DNA of 64,000 bases. It comes from Anthoceros angustus (taxonomy: Eukaryota; Plantae; Anthocerotophyta). The stretch spans positions 744,001 to 808,000 of the forward strand of contig VJWM01000126.1 in NCBI GenBank assembly GCA_010909165.1, read 5' to 3'. This document shows positions 50,653 through 62,232 of the stretch, piece after piece. Under the pieces are notes generated by a model that was not told where the DNA came from, did no database searches, and saw only the letters and a list, made by a program, of their open reading frames with translations. Each line of letters begins with the position of its first letter. Position 1 is the stretch's first letter. Made by a program: the position numbers and the translations under genes.

Positions 50653-51114
50653 TGTCAATGGCAAAATTTCATTTCAGTCTGGATGTGGAGTCCACCTCGC
50701 TCACCCGCACTTCCCTAGAGCTATCGCTATGCAAGGAAACCTCAAATGCCACGTTTGGGATCCGTATGGTCGCTTCTAGAACAAACATCAGCAATCCGCC
50801 CTCCGATTGTTGGCCATCTTATCTTGCGCTCGCGTGCCTTCCTCGCCACATGCGCCCGCGGCGCCTTGACACCTCACGACGACAGACGATGCATCCCGTG
50901 GCGGTCGATACGCGTGATCACGGGTGATCATGATGTTGACACCCGCCATCCGCGGCGTTTGGCCATCCTCACAACCTGACGCATGTCATTGCATGCACAT
51001 CCATCATGCATGCCCATCGTGTGTGCATGTCCATAAGCGGGCATACATGCCATATTCATGCACATACATGCACCCACATACCCCTTCACATGTCATTTCA
51101 TCGGTGGCATGGCG
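50653..51114 (-). repeat. 3' LTR-like repeat (copy X2)
   Basis: It is a ~460-bp direct repeat of 58819-59266, sharing caaggaaacctcaaatgccacgtttgggatccgtatggtcgcttctagaacaaaca and gtgatcacgggtgatcatgatgttgacacccgccatcc. It begins tgtca on the + strand. Confidence 0.85.
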
Positions 51115-52739
51115 GTGCGCCATCGTCGCATAGCGTTCAAGACACACGGACAAACTATGTGTAAAACGTTCACAATAACCCGCACCCAAACAAACCTACA
51201 CATGCAAAGCGCATCTTAAGACTATTCAAAAACTGTCAATGGCCCCCCTGCCCAAGTAGCGGCTGCCATTGCCTGCTGAAGTAGCACTTGGGCATCATAT
51301 CCCATAAAACCTTCTATAGAAACGCCGAAACATACTATCTTGAAGTTGGGGCTGAGAAGGGCACTCATACTGCGGCCCTGGGCCAATAAAGCTGCCACCG
51401 CCTCTCTTGGGGGGTATTCGATCCACTTGTGCCTTCCCGCCGCCGTTCTCGCTCGATGGCGAGCCATAAGTTCTTCTTCCTCATCATCAGCTAAGCTCGT
51501 TTAACTCGCCATCCGTGGCCCATTCAAGCCATTCATAGTCGCTTTCGCACTGGTGCGTAAATAATCACCGACGTTGTGGTTGAGCAAGTACCAAGACTCG
51601 GTAGGCTCATCCCATTCTAGAATTCTCGTCTAAGCAAACAGCGGTAAAAAGCTCTGGGTAGCCTATGGCGTCATCCCCGCTTTCTCCCGATGTAAATGAC
51701 TAAGCCACACCTTCAAATCACAAACTGCGGTGTTTCTCCTGCTTATACATCAAAACCCTTCCTTGGGCGGTGATCAAACACCGATGCATAAAGAGGTGAT
51801 GCTCCAATTTGCGAAATGCCCTTCATGTAGCTAGTCCACACGCGCCTATTCATTCCCTCGCAAGTTCAAACAAATCCTTGTGGTCATATGGAAAATTTTC
51901 GACCTTGCAAGTCTCATGATGAGACTCACAGAAAAATGCCTGTAATTGGAATGTCTCCGGGTTTGCTGTGCCTGATATTTGCGAACCGGGAGTACGCCAC
52001 TTATCTTCCCATGGCCGCTCGAAATTGGGGCACACTATGATGCATCCTGCGGTGTCTTACATGTGTGATCCGCCTTGATCCATTGTCACACCTCTACACA
52101 CACCACAGCCTCCCGGCCGGGTCACAGTCACAATTCTCACCCGCCCGCCAAAGATGCGGTGAAGACTTGTTAGTGGCTTTTTCACGAGCCAACCTGGTGT
52201 CGGCCAACTCACCTGAACAACCGGCTCACAAGGCGCGATTGTCGTGACAAGGCTCTCAACTACCAGGTTGTGAGCTTGTCTCTTCCCGAATCGAAGCGAC
52301 CTCAATCCAGATGACCAACAAATCACCTTGATGCGATGCCACGCGCGATCCGTTCCTCATGATGCCGATGCTTCGCCGTGCCTGCGCCTGATGACCTCCT
52401 ATCGCCAACGCCGCCCACCTTGTGTTTCAATTTGCACGATGCTTAGTTTGCGCCTGTCCCATCATGTGCGCCTCAATGCCTTAGTGCGGAACCTCTCGGC
52501 TATTTCTACACCGATAACCTAACCCTTTGAACAAGTATGACCCCATTTCTGTAGGGCTTCAAACACTCATCTCGTTGTATTGCCATCATCCAAAACATCT
52601 ACCCCACTCATGCTCGTTGCCCGCTGCCGCGAACGGGCGCTGTACGTAGACCCTATTGGGTCGTGGTTGGCGAACTTGCAACATTCATGAGGCACCCACC
52701 GCCCCCACCACTTGATTTGCTTGTGGATGAGCACACCGT

Positions 52740-52870
52740 GAACCATTCACCGTCCGGAATTGTTCGAGTGGCGGCCGCAAGAAAACGTGATACCCTCCGC
52801 TGCATTTGTCACAAAGCAACATCACCGTGATCGCGAACGTGACCGCAGAACTCACAAGGCAGATCAATCG
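52740..52870 (-). pseudogene. PHD zinc-finger remnant at the C-terminus of the retrotransposon Pol
   Basis: ICLV...VMLLCDKCSGGYHVF(C)LRPPLEQ fits the PHD consensus LLCDxCxxGYHxxCLxPPL and lies directly downstream of the integrase. Confidence 0.75.
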
Positions 52871-55800
52871 GTGGTTTCCATGCTGCTTGCGCTCTTGTGT
52901 CGAGATTGGGCACGGTGCCGTGTGCATGCTCTTTGCACCGACGCCCATCTTGCCCTTCCAACTCAATCACCCTTGCTCACCGACGTGGACTACTCGCAGG
53001 ATCAAACGGCTCACATCTAAAGTAGTTGAGGGTCGATGCAGTAAACGTCGCCGCCTCAAACTTCCTTGCTTTGGGTTTCGATCCTCCCGTGAATGCATAT
53101 CAAGTTGGTCCCGATGTTGGGCTATAGCAAGATTATCCATGGCCATCACACGTTGAAAGAGCTTGCTCTTGCTTGCACCGACAAACATCCCATAGGATCC
53201 GTGCCGCCCACGGCTTGGAGTAAGTGTCGCCACTATGTTGTTGGCATGATTGCATTTCGCCAAACATGATGTAGTAGGATGAAGTTACTGCCGCTTACAC
53301 CCGATTCGATATCCTAGAGCTACATAAGGCAATAGCTCGTCCCCAAAGAATCGGGTTCTATCTCCATACAATATTTGCAGAGAGTCCTTGAAGGTTCGGA
53401 CTAAACGCCCGCCAACCCATCGCTGGGTGATCCGGGAGGTTCGCGTGATCTATCGTTCGATCCAGGCTTGAAACTCTCCTCGAAACTCATTGCCTTGGTC
53501 CTTAACACCAAAGACATGACAGAGAACACATTGCAAAACGCCCGCGGTATATATTGCGAACTCGAGGCGTAAAGGCCAACTCCACCCACTTCGAAATGTT
53601 CGATCATCAACATACAATGTCTCTGCTCGCCGTGACTGGTAGTTCGGCAGATCAAGACCATCAAGATGTCGAAGCACGTGCAACACCACATCTTGGAGAA
53701 TGCCTCTTATCGCATCACACGCGCACATTTGGCCACCACCTTTTCAACGCTCGATACCCACCGAAAAGTACGCATTTTCAACATATGATGAGTCTTCACT
53801 CCAAAGTGGCCAAGCGTGACATGTACCTTGGTCACCAATTGCCTCCTTCTCCTATGGGTGGTACTTCCTTGAGCACTCCACGATCCGTGACCCACACCTT
53901 ACCGCTTTCAAGTGTAACGCGATTTTCCGTTGTAGTTTTTGCGTGAGGCATGTGGACTGTCCATCCTGTAGCGTTGATAGCTTGCTCATTCTTCCATATG
54001 TCTCTTCCTCCATTGCCTTCCATCTTCCCTGGAGACATTAGGCCATGTAATAACCGGGGCATGCTTTGAATGAGTTTAAAGTCCCGCCTTGCTCCACACA
54101 TCTCCTTTGTCGCACATTGGGTTTCTACCGAGACCGTGGCATTGAGATGCACTTTACCCGCTCGCACAATCGCATGTCATATTCGACAAGAAAAGCCCAT
54201 CGGGCAAGTTTTCCACTCATATTTGTCATCAGCCGGTGAAGGCTGATGATCCGTGATGTTGAAAGCTCCGACCAACAAATACACTCGAAATGTAAAACCG
54301 CCCAAACCGCAGCTGTGCATTCCCCTTCATACGATGAGTAGTTTGCTTCCAGCATTGTTGGACCTACTTGCATATGCGACAACTCGCTCCTTTCCTTCTT
54401 CACCGGCCAGATACCAAGACCAGCCACTCCAGTATATAAGACAAATGGCTTATCAAAATCAGCCTTTTGAGCATTGGCCTTCCGCTTGGTTCTTCAACTC
54501 CAAGCCTTCCTGCTTGTCCCCATCGCCAAGGCACTCCCTTCTTGAGCAATTCATACAAGTTTGCATATGTCGCTCATATTTCGGACAAACCATAGTAATT
54601 GACAAGTCCCAAATGCCCTTAAAGAATGTCTCTAGGCCGGGCATGAGATCAATTGCCCGCACCTTGGCCACCGAGGCAACACCCCACCGAACTATCTTAT
54701 GCCCTGTACTCTATCTCCTTGTAAGCAAACTTGCATTTCTTTGGGTGTGCCTTCAACTCGATTTGGCCAATCTTTGCAGAAATCTCAAGGTGTTGGAGAT
54801 GTTCTTCCAGTCACATCGAACACTAAGATGTCATCGATGTAACATCTTACAAACGATCCCCTCAGAATTCCAAATCACCACCCCGAAAATAAATGGATGC
54901 GTTTTCAAACCAAATGGCATTGTTTCCCACTCCCACACCTGGTCCTTACCCCAAAACGGTCTTGCACTTGTCTCTTTCTTCGATGACTATTTGATTGAAT
55001 CGACCGAAATCCAATGTAGTGAAATACTTGGCCTCCCAATGGCATCAAAGATTTCATCCTGGCATGGGATATCGCTCCATGGGTGTCACCTCATTCAAAG
55101 CACGATAGTCTCCACACATCCTTCCGCTGCTCCATTCGCCATTCTCGTCCTTTTAAGAATACAGCTTGCCGCAAAGATATTGCGGTGGTAGACTGATTAG
55201 TCCAGCCGCCACTCCTTGCATCTCTATCCACAATGTCCCACTCCATGGGACTCAATGCTTTCGTCAAACATCGGTTCATTGTGGTGATCTTGAACTTGAT
55301 ACGATATCATCATTCAAAACGCGAAGGTGTGCCGATTCCGCAAAGATATCCCGAATCTTCTCGTTGATCGACTTCTTCTAACTCTTCGCATATCTGCCAC
55401 TCATGTGTTGAGTTTACTGCTGTTCTCTTGTCGCCACGCATCCGTATGACCTCCTTTGTGCCAGATTGGAAACTCGCCTTCTTCGATAGCGCATATCACC
55501 TCCGCCTTGCACATATCTATTTGTGTGGCGGACCCACGTTCAACACCCATTGCAGGTGGATCAAACGCTTGACCCAAAGAACTTGCATCGATATGAAATG
55601 CCCGCGTGATGGTCCGTCGCATCAAACCCCATGGCCTTTCGGCTCCATCACGTGGGCTCACCTCATTTCCAGCGAGATCCACCACGGTGCCCCCGCCTCC
55701 GAAGGCATAAGATTGGGCGCCTTACAGTGTGGGCCAGCCCTTCGGCTTCCCAACCTTATTTACGGAAATCGTGGAGGTTTGTCCATCTTCCGCACGTGAT

Positions 55801-58800
55801 GCCCGCCTCTTCTAAGATGTCATCCACATATTGTTTTCCGGGTTTGGTCAACTCACGGTTGCTCGAGAACCTCTACACGTCACGTTTGTCCAAAAACCGC
55901 CCGGTGGGCATATGAGCCCGCTTTGCAGCATCAATAATGAATTCCTCTCCTATCCAACCTCGAGCTGCTCGTAGCCTCCTCACATGTTCACGCTTTATCG
56001 AATGCTCCGCATTTTTCCGACGCAGCCAAGTGGGATTGATTGAAACTTCCTTCGTAATCCTGACACGCCCACTTCCACACCGTCCACAACCGCCCTCGAA
56101 AGCCCATTCCCATCCTGTAAAGATATCGACCGGGCACTGACCGCTTCCGCTGCTTCCTACCAATCGACATCATGGGGTAACTCGCTCGACATCCCTTCAC
56201 CGCCTCCATGCTTAGTAGTCCGGATACCCTTTGCATCCCGATAATCCTAGATTTGGCTCGCAGCGTGCCTTCTCGCCCACTTCAACACACGTGTATTTCC
56301 TCACCGTATTCCACTCTTCAATACCGCTCAAGCTTCAAGCCATCGATCCCCGAACACGCTCCATGAGGTGTATACTCGCCAGTTGCCACCGAATCACATC
56401 CGTATTGATCCTTAAAGCGGTACGGCTCCCAACTGGCAAACATTTTTCGGACACACGGTGGCCCGCCACACCTTCGCTTTGTCGGGTGAGCTCCCAAAGC
56501 TTTCGACAAGGGGTTTTTTTACATCATACACCCACGCTTTGACGCCTCCTGCTCCTCTTCCACGAGTTCGAGTTTCTTCCACACCACTTGTGCACAATGT
56601 CGCCAGAGCCGTGAATGCAATCATGCTCTCTCGATGTCGCCTCATATCAAGCGGATCCCGGCCACTTGTGTGAAGTCCCCATCCCGCCACCGCGGCCTAT
56701 AAAATGCTCGAGTAACGGATCTACCCCCATTGCCGGCCGCGTGGCATCATCCCCAAGTAGCATCGTAATTCCTTGCGTTAGACACCAAGCAATGAACTTC
56801 GATGAGGCATCTTCCCGGCTTGAACTCTATGGCTCACGGTCATTCCCATCACGTTCCTTGGTTCCCGCAGATGTGGTAATGTGCACTTCACATGGCTTAA
56901 GCTTATCCGATAGCTGAGAGCCTTCTGTACCCGTGCCCCAACACTGGGTCCGCTGTATCCACCAACACATGGGGGCAAAGCCGTTGACCGTTACCTCCCG
57001 ACCTTGATTATTGACCATGGCAATGCCTCCTTTGCCCCGTGCTTGGCTTGAGTGATCCCCGTGGCCGACGCATCATCCCATCGCGCCCGGACTCCTTTTG
57101 TATCCAGCCTTCATGGCTCGCTTAAACGCGTCTTGACTCCCGTGATCACGAAGCTCATCACGGCACATCCATCACCTTCTCGAGCATAAGTTCAGACCGG
57201 GTGATTTCTCTCAGACGTCCTGTTCCTCCCGGTCTTCTTCATCGCCTAAAGGATTTGGGCATCTTGAGTGATTCCTTTCCTCACCCTTCTTTCTTCGCAC
57301 TGCTCCCGTGTCACGCTTAGTCCGCTCATCCTCGTGGCCATTGGCCATTAGCGCATACACCTCGGATCCGAATCATAATCCTCGTGATAGCAACCGAGCT
57401 TCTGCTTACACTCATGGCTAGCTTTTCTTGCACTGTGCACCTCATCGAGCCGCTGGTGTACCTCTGATTTTGCCTTGGCAAGACATCCGCTCCACAACCC
57501 CTTTGGCTTAAATTCGGATGAGCTGCCGCCCGTATGTCCGGTTTTGGCACACGTTCGCATTGCTCCTTCTCCTTCCCCCAACCCGATACTCACACTGAGG
57601 CCTTGCGGCCCCCCAAGACATTTCACCGTGGCGTGGTGGCTGTTGTGTTCCTTGGGGAATTCATGTGTTCACTGAGTGTGGCCATTAGTTCTTCCTTGAA
57701 ACCTTGGGTTGTTCATGGCATCTCTCCTCTCACCGCATTGTGCTCCCAAGCACTTGTCACCGCGTCGCCTTCATGACCCGCTCGGCCATCTCATAGGCTT
57801 GTTCTAGCTCGTAGTCGGCACCATGCATCATGTGCAGGAAATTAGCAATCACTCTTCTTTGTCTTCCCAAGATGTAGATCTGGGCGGCTTCCCGCATCGT
57901 CTTCACACGCGTGTCTTTCACCAATTGCCTCAGCCTCAAATAGGCGGATCCGAGAGGTTCGATGGCTTGATGGTGAACTCGACAACTCCCGAATCTTCTC
58001 TATAGAGGCTACGGAAACATTTCCGAATTTGGAGAACATTTCGCTCACGTATGTGATGGCATCGCCAGTGAACTGGACGACTCCTCTCCATCTCAACATC
58101 TTCTTGGCCATTCTTGCCCCGCGAGCCCGCGATCCTCGCAAGATCTCGATCCTTGCGCCGGTAGCAAGTCGGCCTCTCCGCAAGAAACGTGCTCATCTTC
58201 CTTAGTGCCATTTGGAATTGACTTGTACTTGAGCACCATCTCATCGATTGCCCACCTGAACTTTTCCTCAAAATCAGCCAACGACATGCTGCCATGTCTG
58301 CCGGTGAACACATCATTTTTACTAGGCGCTATCTCGTATTCCATTCCGACTCCACTACCACTCTCTTCAAATGCTATGGATCGGATGGGACTATACACCC
58401 TCTCAATCTGACCACTTGGCTTATGGACTGAGGATATGTGACGAGCCTGAGTAGGAGTAAACTCGTTGTCCACCTGCATCGCAAAACACCATTACCTTAC
58501 TAATCCCTTCCTCCGCGAGAAACTATGTATGGCATGTCATCAAAGTTAGTGTTGGCTCCTTCCGTCAATCGCCCAACCATGAGAGTCATCAATCACTTCA
58601 TCCCACAACCTCCGCCACAAATATGCGGGTTCTAGTTCGCCAAATGCAAAATGGACCGACCATAAAACAACACCGAGTAGTCTACAGACCCTCATCTTCA
58701 CCATGGACTTATCTCAGTTCCACTCCCTCCGTGATGTCCTTGAGTTCCCTTCACAAAGACCGCCTCGCTAAGCCGTTATCACCTTGCTTGCACGCCACCG

Positions 58801-58818
58801 CGATCCAAATTAAGGGAC

Positions 58819-59266
58819 TGTGCAAAATTTCATTTGCGGATGTGAGTCCAACCGCTCACCAAGACTTAGAGCTATCGCTGCAAGGAAACCTCAAATGCCA
58901 CGTTTGGGATCCGTATGGTCGCTTCTAGAACAAACATTAATCCGCCTCCGCTCCGATTGTTGGCCATCTTATCTTGCCTAAGTGCCGGCGTTTTCCTCGC
59001 CACACCGCTGGCGCCTTGACACCTCCTCGACGGACGATGCCTCCCGTAACGCGATTCCCGCATCGCCGTGATCACGGGTGATCATGATGTTGACACCCGC
59101 CATCCACGCGCGTAGGCCATCCTCACAACCTCTGACGCATGTCATTGCATGCCTTCCATCATGCATGCCCATCGTGCTTGCATGTCCATGATACATGCCA
59201 TATTCATGACACATACATGCACCCACATACCTTTCACATGTCATTTTATCAGGTGGTGGCATGACA
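58819..59266 (-). repeat. 5' LTR-like repeat (copy X1)
   Basis: It is a direct repeat of 50653-51114 and ends ...catgaca on the + strand (TGTCA start on the minus strand). Confidence 0.85.
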
Positions 59267-60402
59267 GTCCCAACTGCACTCAAACCGAGAAGCTGGCTAA
59301 GGTCTCAAAATCACGGGTGGAGGTCGCGGCTACATGTAGGGGGTCCCTATGTGTGGGCGATGGACCCTGGCCAGAGGTGGGACCTAATCGAGGATGTCGC
59401 TAGTAGGTCCGTGAGCTGAGATCCCACGGCTGAGGGTGTGTGGACGCCCACAGGAGTTTTGTGGGCGCGCCAAAGTTGTAGTGGAGCGCCAGGCCCCGAA
59501 GCTGAGAGAGGCCTTGAACTAGGGCGAGTAATCTATGTCACCGCCAGTGCAACCTACCGTGGTAGGATGCGCCTCTGCCGTTGGGATAGGTGTCTCCTCC
59601 TCACGAGGGAATGAGGTGTGGCCGCCCACCGCTGCTGGATCTCCTACAACTCTCCACAAGTGGTAGGAGGGGTAGGCCCTACAATTGTTTGTTGGTTGTA
59701 GGTCCCGAGGCGGCGATTCGATGGAGGCCGTAGCAGGAGCCGCGCGTCTTTGCCGAGTGGTGGTTGAGGATGTGCCAATTGTGGGAAGGCGATGGAAAGG
59801 AATAGTGGAAGATCACGGGTGGTGAAGTCGCTGCAACGTGAGGGGGTCCCACGTGTGTAGCTCCCGACATCAGCCGTAGAGTGTGGACCTATAGTCGAGG
59901 GGTGTTTGTAGGTCTAGAAGCGGTGATTGACGAAAGACTCTGGAGGCGTGGTTGCTATCTCAGGAGTGAGTTGAGGTTGCTCCACTGTGTGAGGGAGCTT
60001 GGGGTGTGAAGAGGTGTGTGGTTTGTGCCTTGGATGCTGGACCGACAAACAAGAGTCTCATGGGACGAAACCTATTGTATAGCGACAAGGATAAGTGTGG
60101 TCACTAGAGGGTGAATCCTGAGATCCGCCTCCCACAACCAAGCACCAACTAACGTCGTCCCCATTTCTTCGTGCCCATGGTGATGCTCAATTGTTTGATG
60201 CTCCTTCTCTTCCAAATGTCTAACTTCAAGACGGTCGCTAGTGCCCTTGCATCACAGGTGTATATCAGCCAGGCTGGGATGTATGTGCACCGGCCCACCC
60301 TCCTCCTCACATGCCGCAGTTCTGCAGCCTGCAGCCATAGCATGTGCGGGGCAGCAGTGGAGGAGGGTTCCACGGTCTCCACCGAGCTCACCCGATCCTA
60401 AT

Positions 60403-60907
60403 ATGTGGAGCGAGTTGTTTTACAGGTCTTATGACCCCAAGAAGCCAATGCATCCTTTGTCATACGAGGAGCTTGATGCGCTGTTGCAACATGCGGAGGA
60501 CCACAACGACCTCATCTACCACATAGAGAACTACCCCTTGGACTTTGAAGTTCTTTTTCGACGAGGAACGTGTCGCAGTATTTGACCGACTCGACTTACA
60601 TCGCGAGAGTGCCTTCCAGAAGCTGGAAGCGCACTATTTCATGCATTCTCATTTTGATGGGTGGCCATTGGGTCCTAACGATCACTGCGAGGCCTCGCGG
60701 TCCAAGCACCCGGAGTCACTGGAGGACTTCAAGCTGTGGATGGCCAAGTTTCACTCCGACGGCTTGACTCACAGGCTGCACGGCTGGCCTCGATGCTATC
60801 GCCCCCTCCTGGATTTCATCTCAACGTCTTCTACGAATTGGACGCACGCCAACCATGACTTGTGGGAGGAGATGAACGACCTCTACATCATCGAGGACAG
60901 GGGTTAG
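60403..60907 (+). CDS. Orphan ~167-aa ORF with a single frameshift at ~60545 (TE-associated or unknown)
   Basis: MWSELFYRSYDPKKPMHPLSYEELDALLQHAEDHNDLIYHIENYPLD joins LKFFFDEERVAVFDRLDL...DLYIIEDRG* if one T of gactttgaag is removed. Codon usage is GC3-rich and protein-like. Confidence 0.45.
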
Positions 60908-61965
60908 GACTGGTGGTCATGTGCTTTAGGCACCGTGGAGCAGGGGTTTTGTTAGGACTTGATTTAGGAGGCCTTCACGGTTTAGATTTGTAGGTTTCAT
61001 CATATCCCGCTTCCCACAGTTTTGACTTGACCAATTTTTGACGCTTCCCTCCGTGGTTTATTCCCACCCCTCGGCCAGATATCTGTGCTCACATTTTTGA
61101 ACTTGGCCCTCGAACACGATAATTTTTGAAGGGGGGGATATACTGACCCCCTTCGGCCGAGACAGCACCCCCTTGTCACGAAGAACACCTTACCTAGAAC
61201 AGCATATGTGCCCTACTTTGATAATGCACACACCCTTTCTGAGGCCATACCTTTGATAAAAGATGCACTTTCAAGTCTACACCCGAGAACTGGAGCACAA
61301 GAGGGTGTGGGCCCGCTTATGCTTTAGTAGAATGCATAGAGGCTGCCATTTCATATGTTTATTACAACCGAAAACTTTTACTTTCAAGTGGTGGAACACA
61401 ATGAAAACAACTTGTATTTAGGGAGTCTCAATGGTCGTGAGAACATTGCAACAAACAATCGCTAAAGGAGGAAGTGGTCATCATCGACAATAGTCATTCA
61501 AGAGTGCGGCCGGGCGACTCATCCATGCCTTGCGCCGAAATCGAGCCAAGTACCACCGCCATATTCCGGAGGCGGTCCATATCCTCCGCCTCGTTGTCGT
61601 TCTCCATTGCTTGCCTGCCTTCAATAGTATCATTCTTGGGCCTGCCCCCGACGGTGTCGATCACACACAAAGATCTAGGTCTCACGACCTCATCCAAAAG
61701 GTCGCCACCGTGTGGTCTTCAACCTTCCGCACTCAATGCAACCACTTGGGCTTTAAGGCAATGCCAACGTCCTTAAAATGAACAAAGTTAGTTGCCCATG
61801 CGCCCATGCAAGCATCCTTAAAATCAACAAAATTGAATTGTTGAGGAGGCACGAGGTTTGAATACGAAACCTATTCGTTACTACACTTATTTCCCAAACA
61901 CTAGACCAATCAGTACTTGTTAATTGAGGCGCTAAATATTTATTTTGAAAACAGTTTAGAGGAGG

Positions 61966-62232
61966 CCGCCTGGCGCCCATGGGTAGGCAGGTGTGCTAGG
62001 GGAGGGGCTGGCCGGCCGGCGCCCATGGGCAAGGCATGGCGTGTTGGTGGGGGATGGGGGCGGCCGGCCGGCGCCCAAGGGACGGCGTGTTGTTGGGGGC
62101 GCGCCCATGGCATGGGTGTGCTAGGAGGGCGCTGGCCGCCGCCAAGGGCGGAGGAGGGCCGGCCGGCGCCCATGGGCAGGGAGGCGCCGGGCGGCTACCA
62201 TGGCGGGCAGGCGGTTGGCGCGCCCATGGGTG
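61966..62232 (+). repeat. GC-rich degenerate tandem array (~35-45-bp unit ggcgcccatggg...gtgtgctaggggaggg..ggccggcc)
   Basis: About 7 recurrences of gcgcccatgg-like cores. Confidence 0.8.

Larger units (their letters stand above)
50536..59266 (-). mobile_element. Ty3/Gypsy LTR retrotransposon (degenerate or poorly polished): gag, RT, RNase H, integrase, PHD finger, extra 3' ORF remnants
   Basis: Minus-strand fragments: gag/zinc-knuckle remnant (~58480-57450; ...CAKTGH); RT YFTTLD..FNQI..E.DKCKT and EEHLQHLE...LKAHPKKCKFAYKEIEY (~55050-54700); RNase H EANYSSYEGECTAAVWAV and MSGKLARWAFLVEYDM (~54350-54170); integrase LGHFGVK, MIEHF, KDQGNEFRGEF, DGLA, LPYVALGYR (~53830-53300). The RT-RH-INT order is Gypsy. 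Many indels are present. Confidence 0.9.

Noticed and set aside
50536-59266. Classification as a DIRS/Ngaro tyrosine-recombinase element
   Set aside because: Despite the split repeats, the element has Gypsy-type RT/RNase H and a DDE integrase, and no recombinase motif is recognisable.
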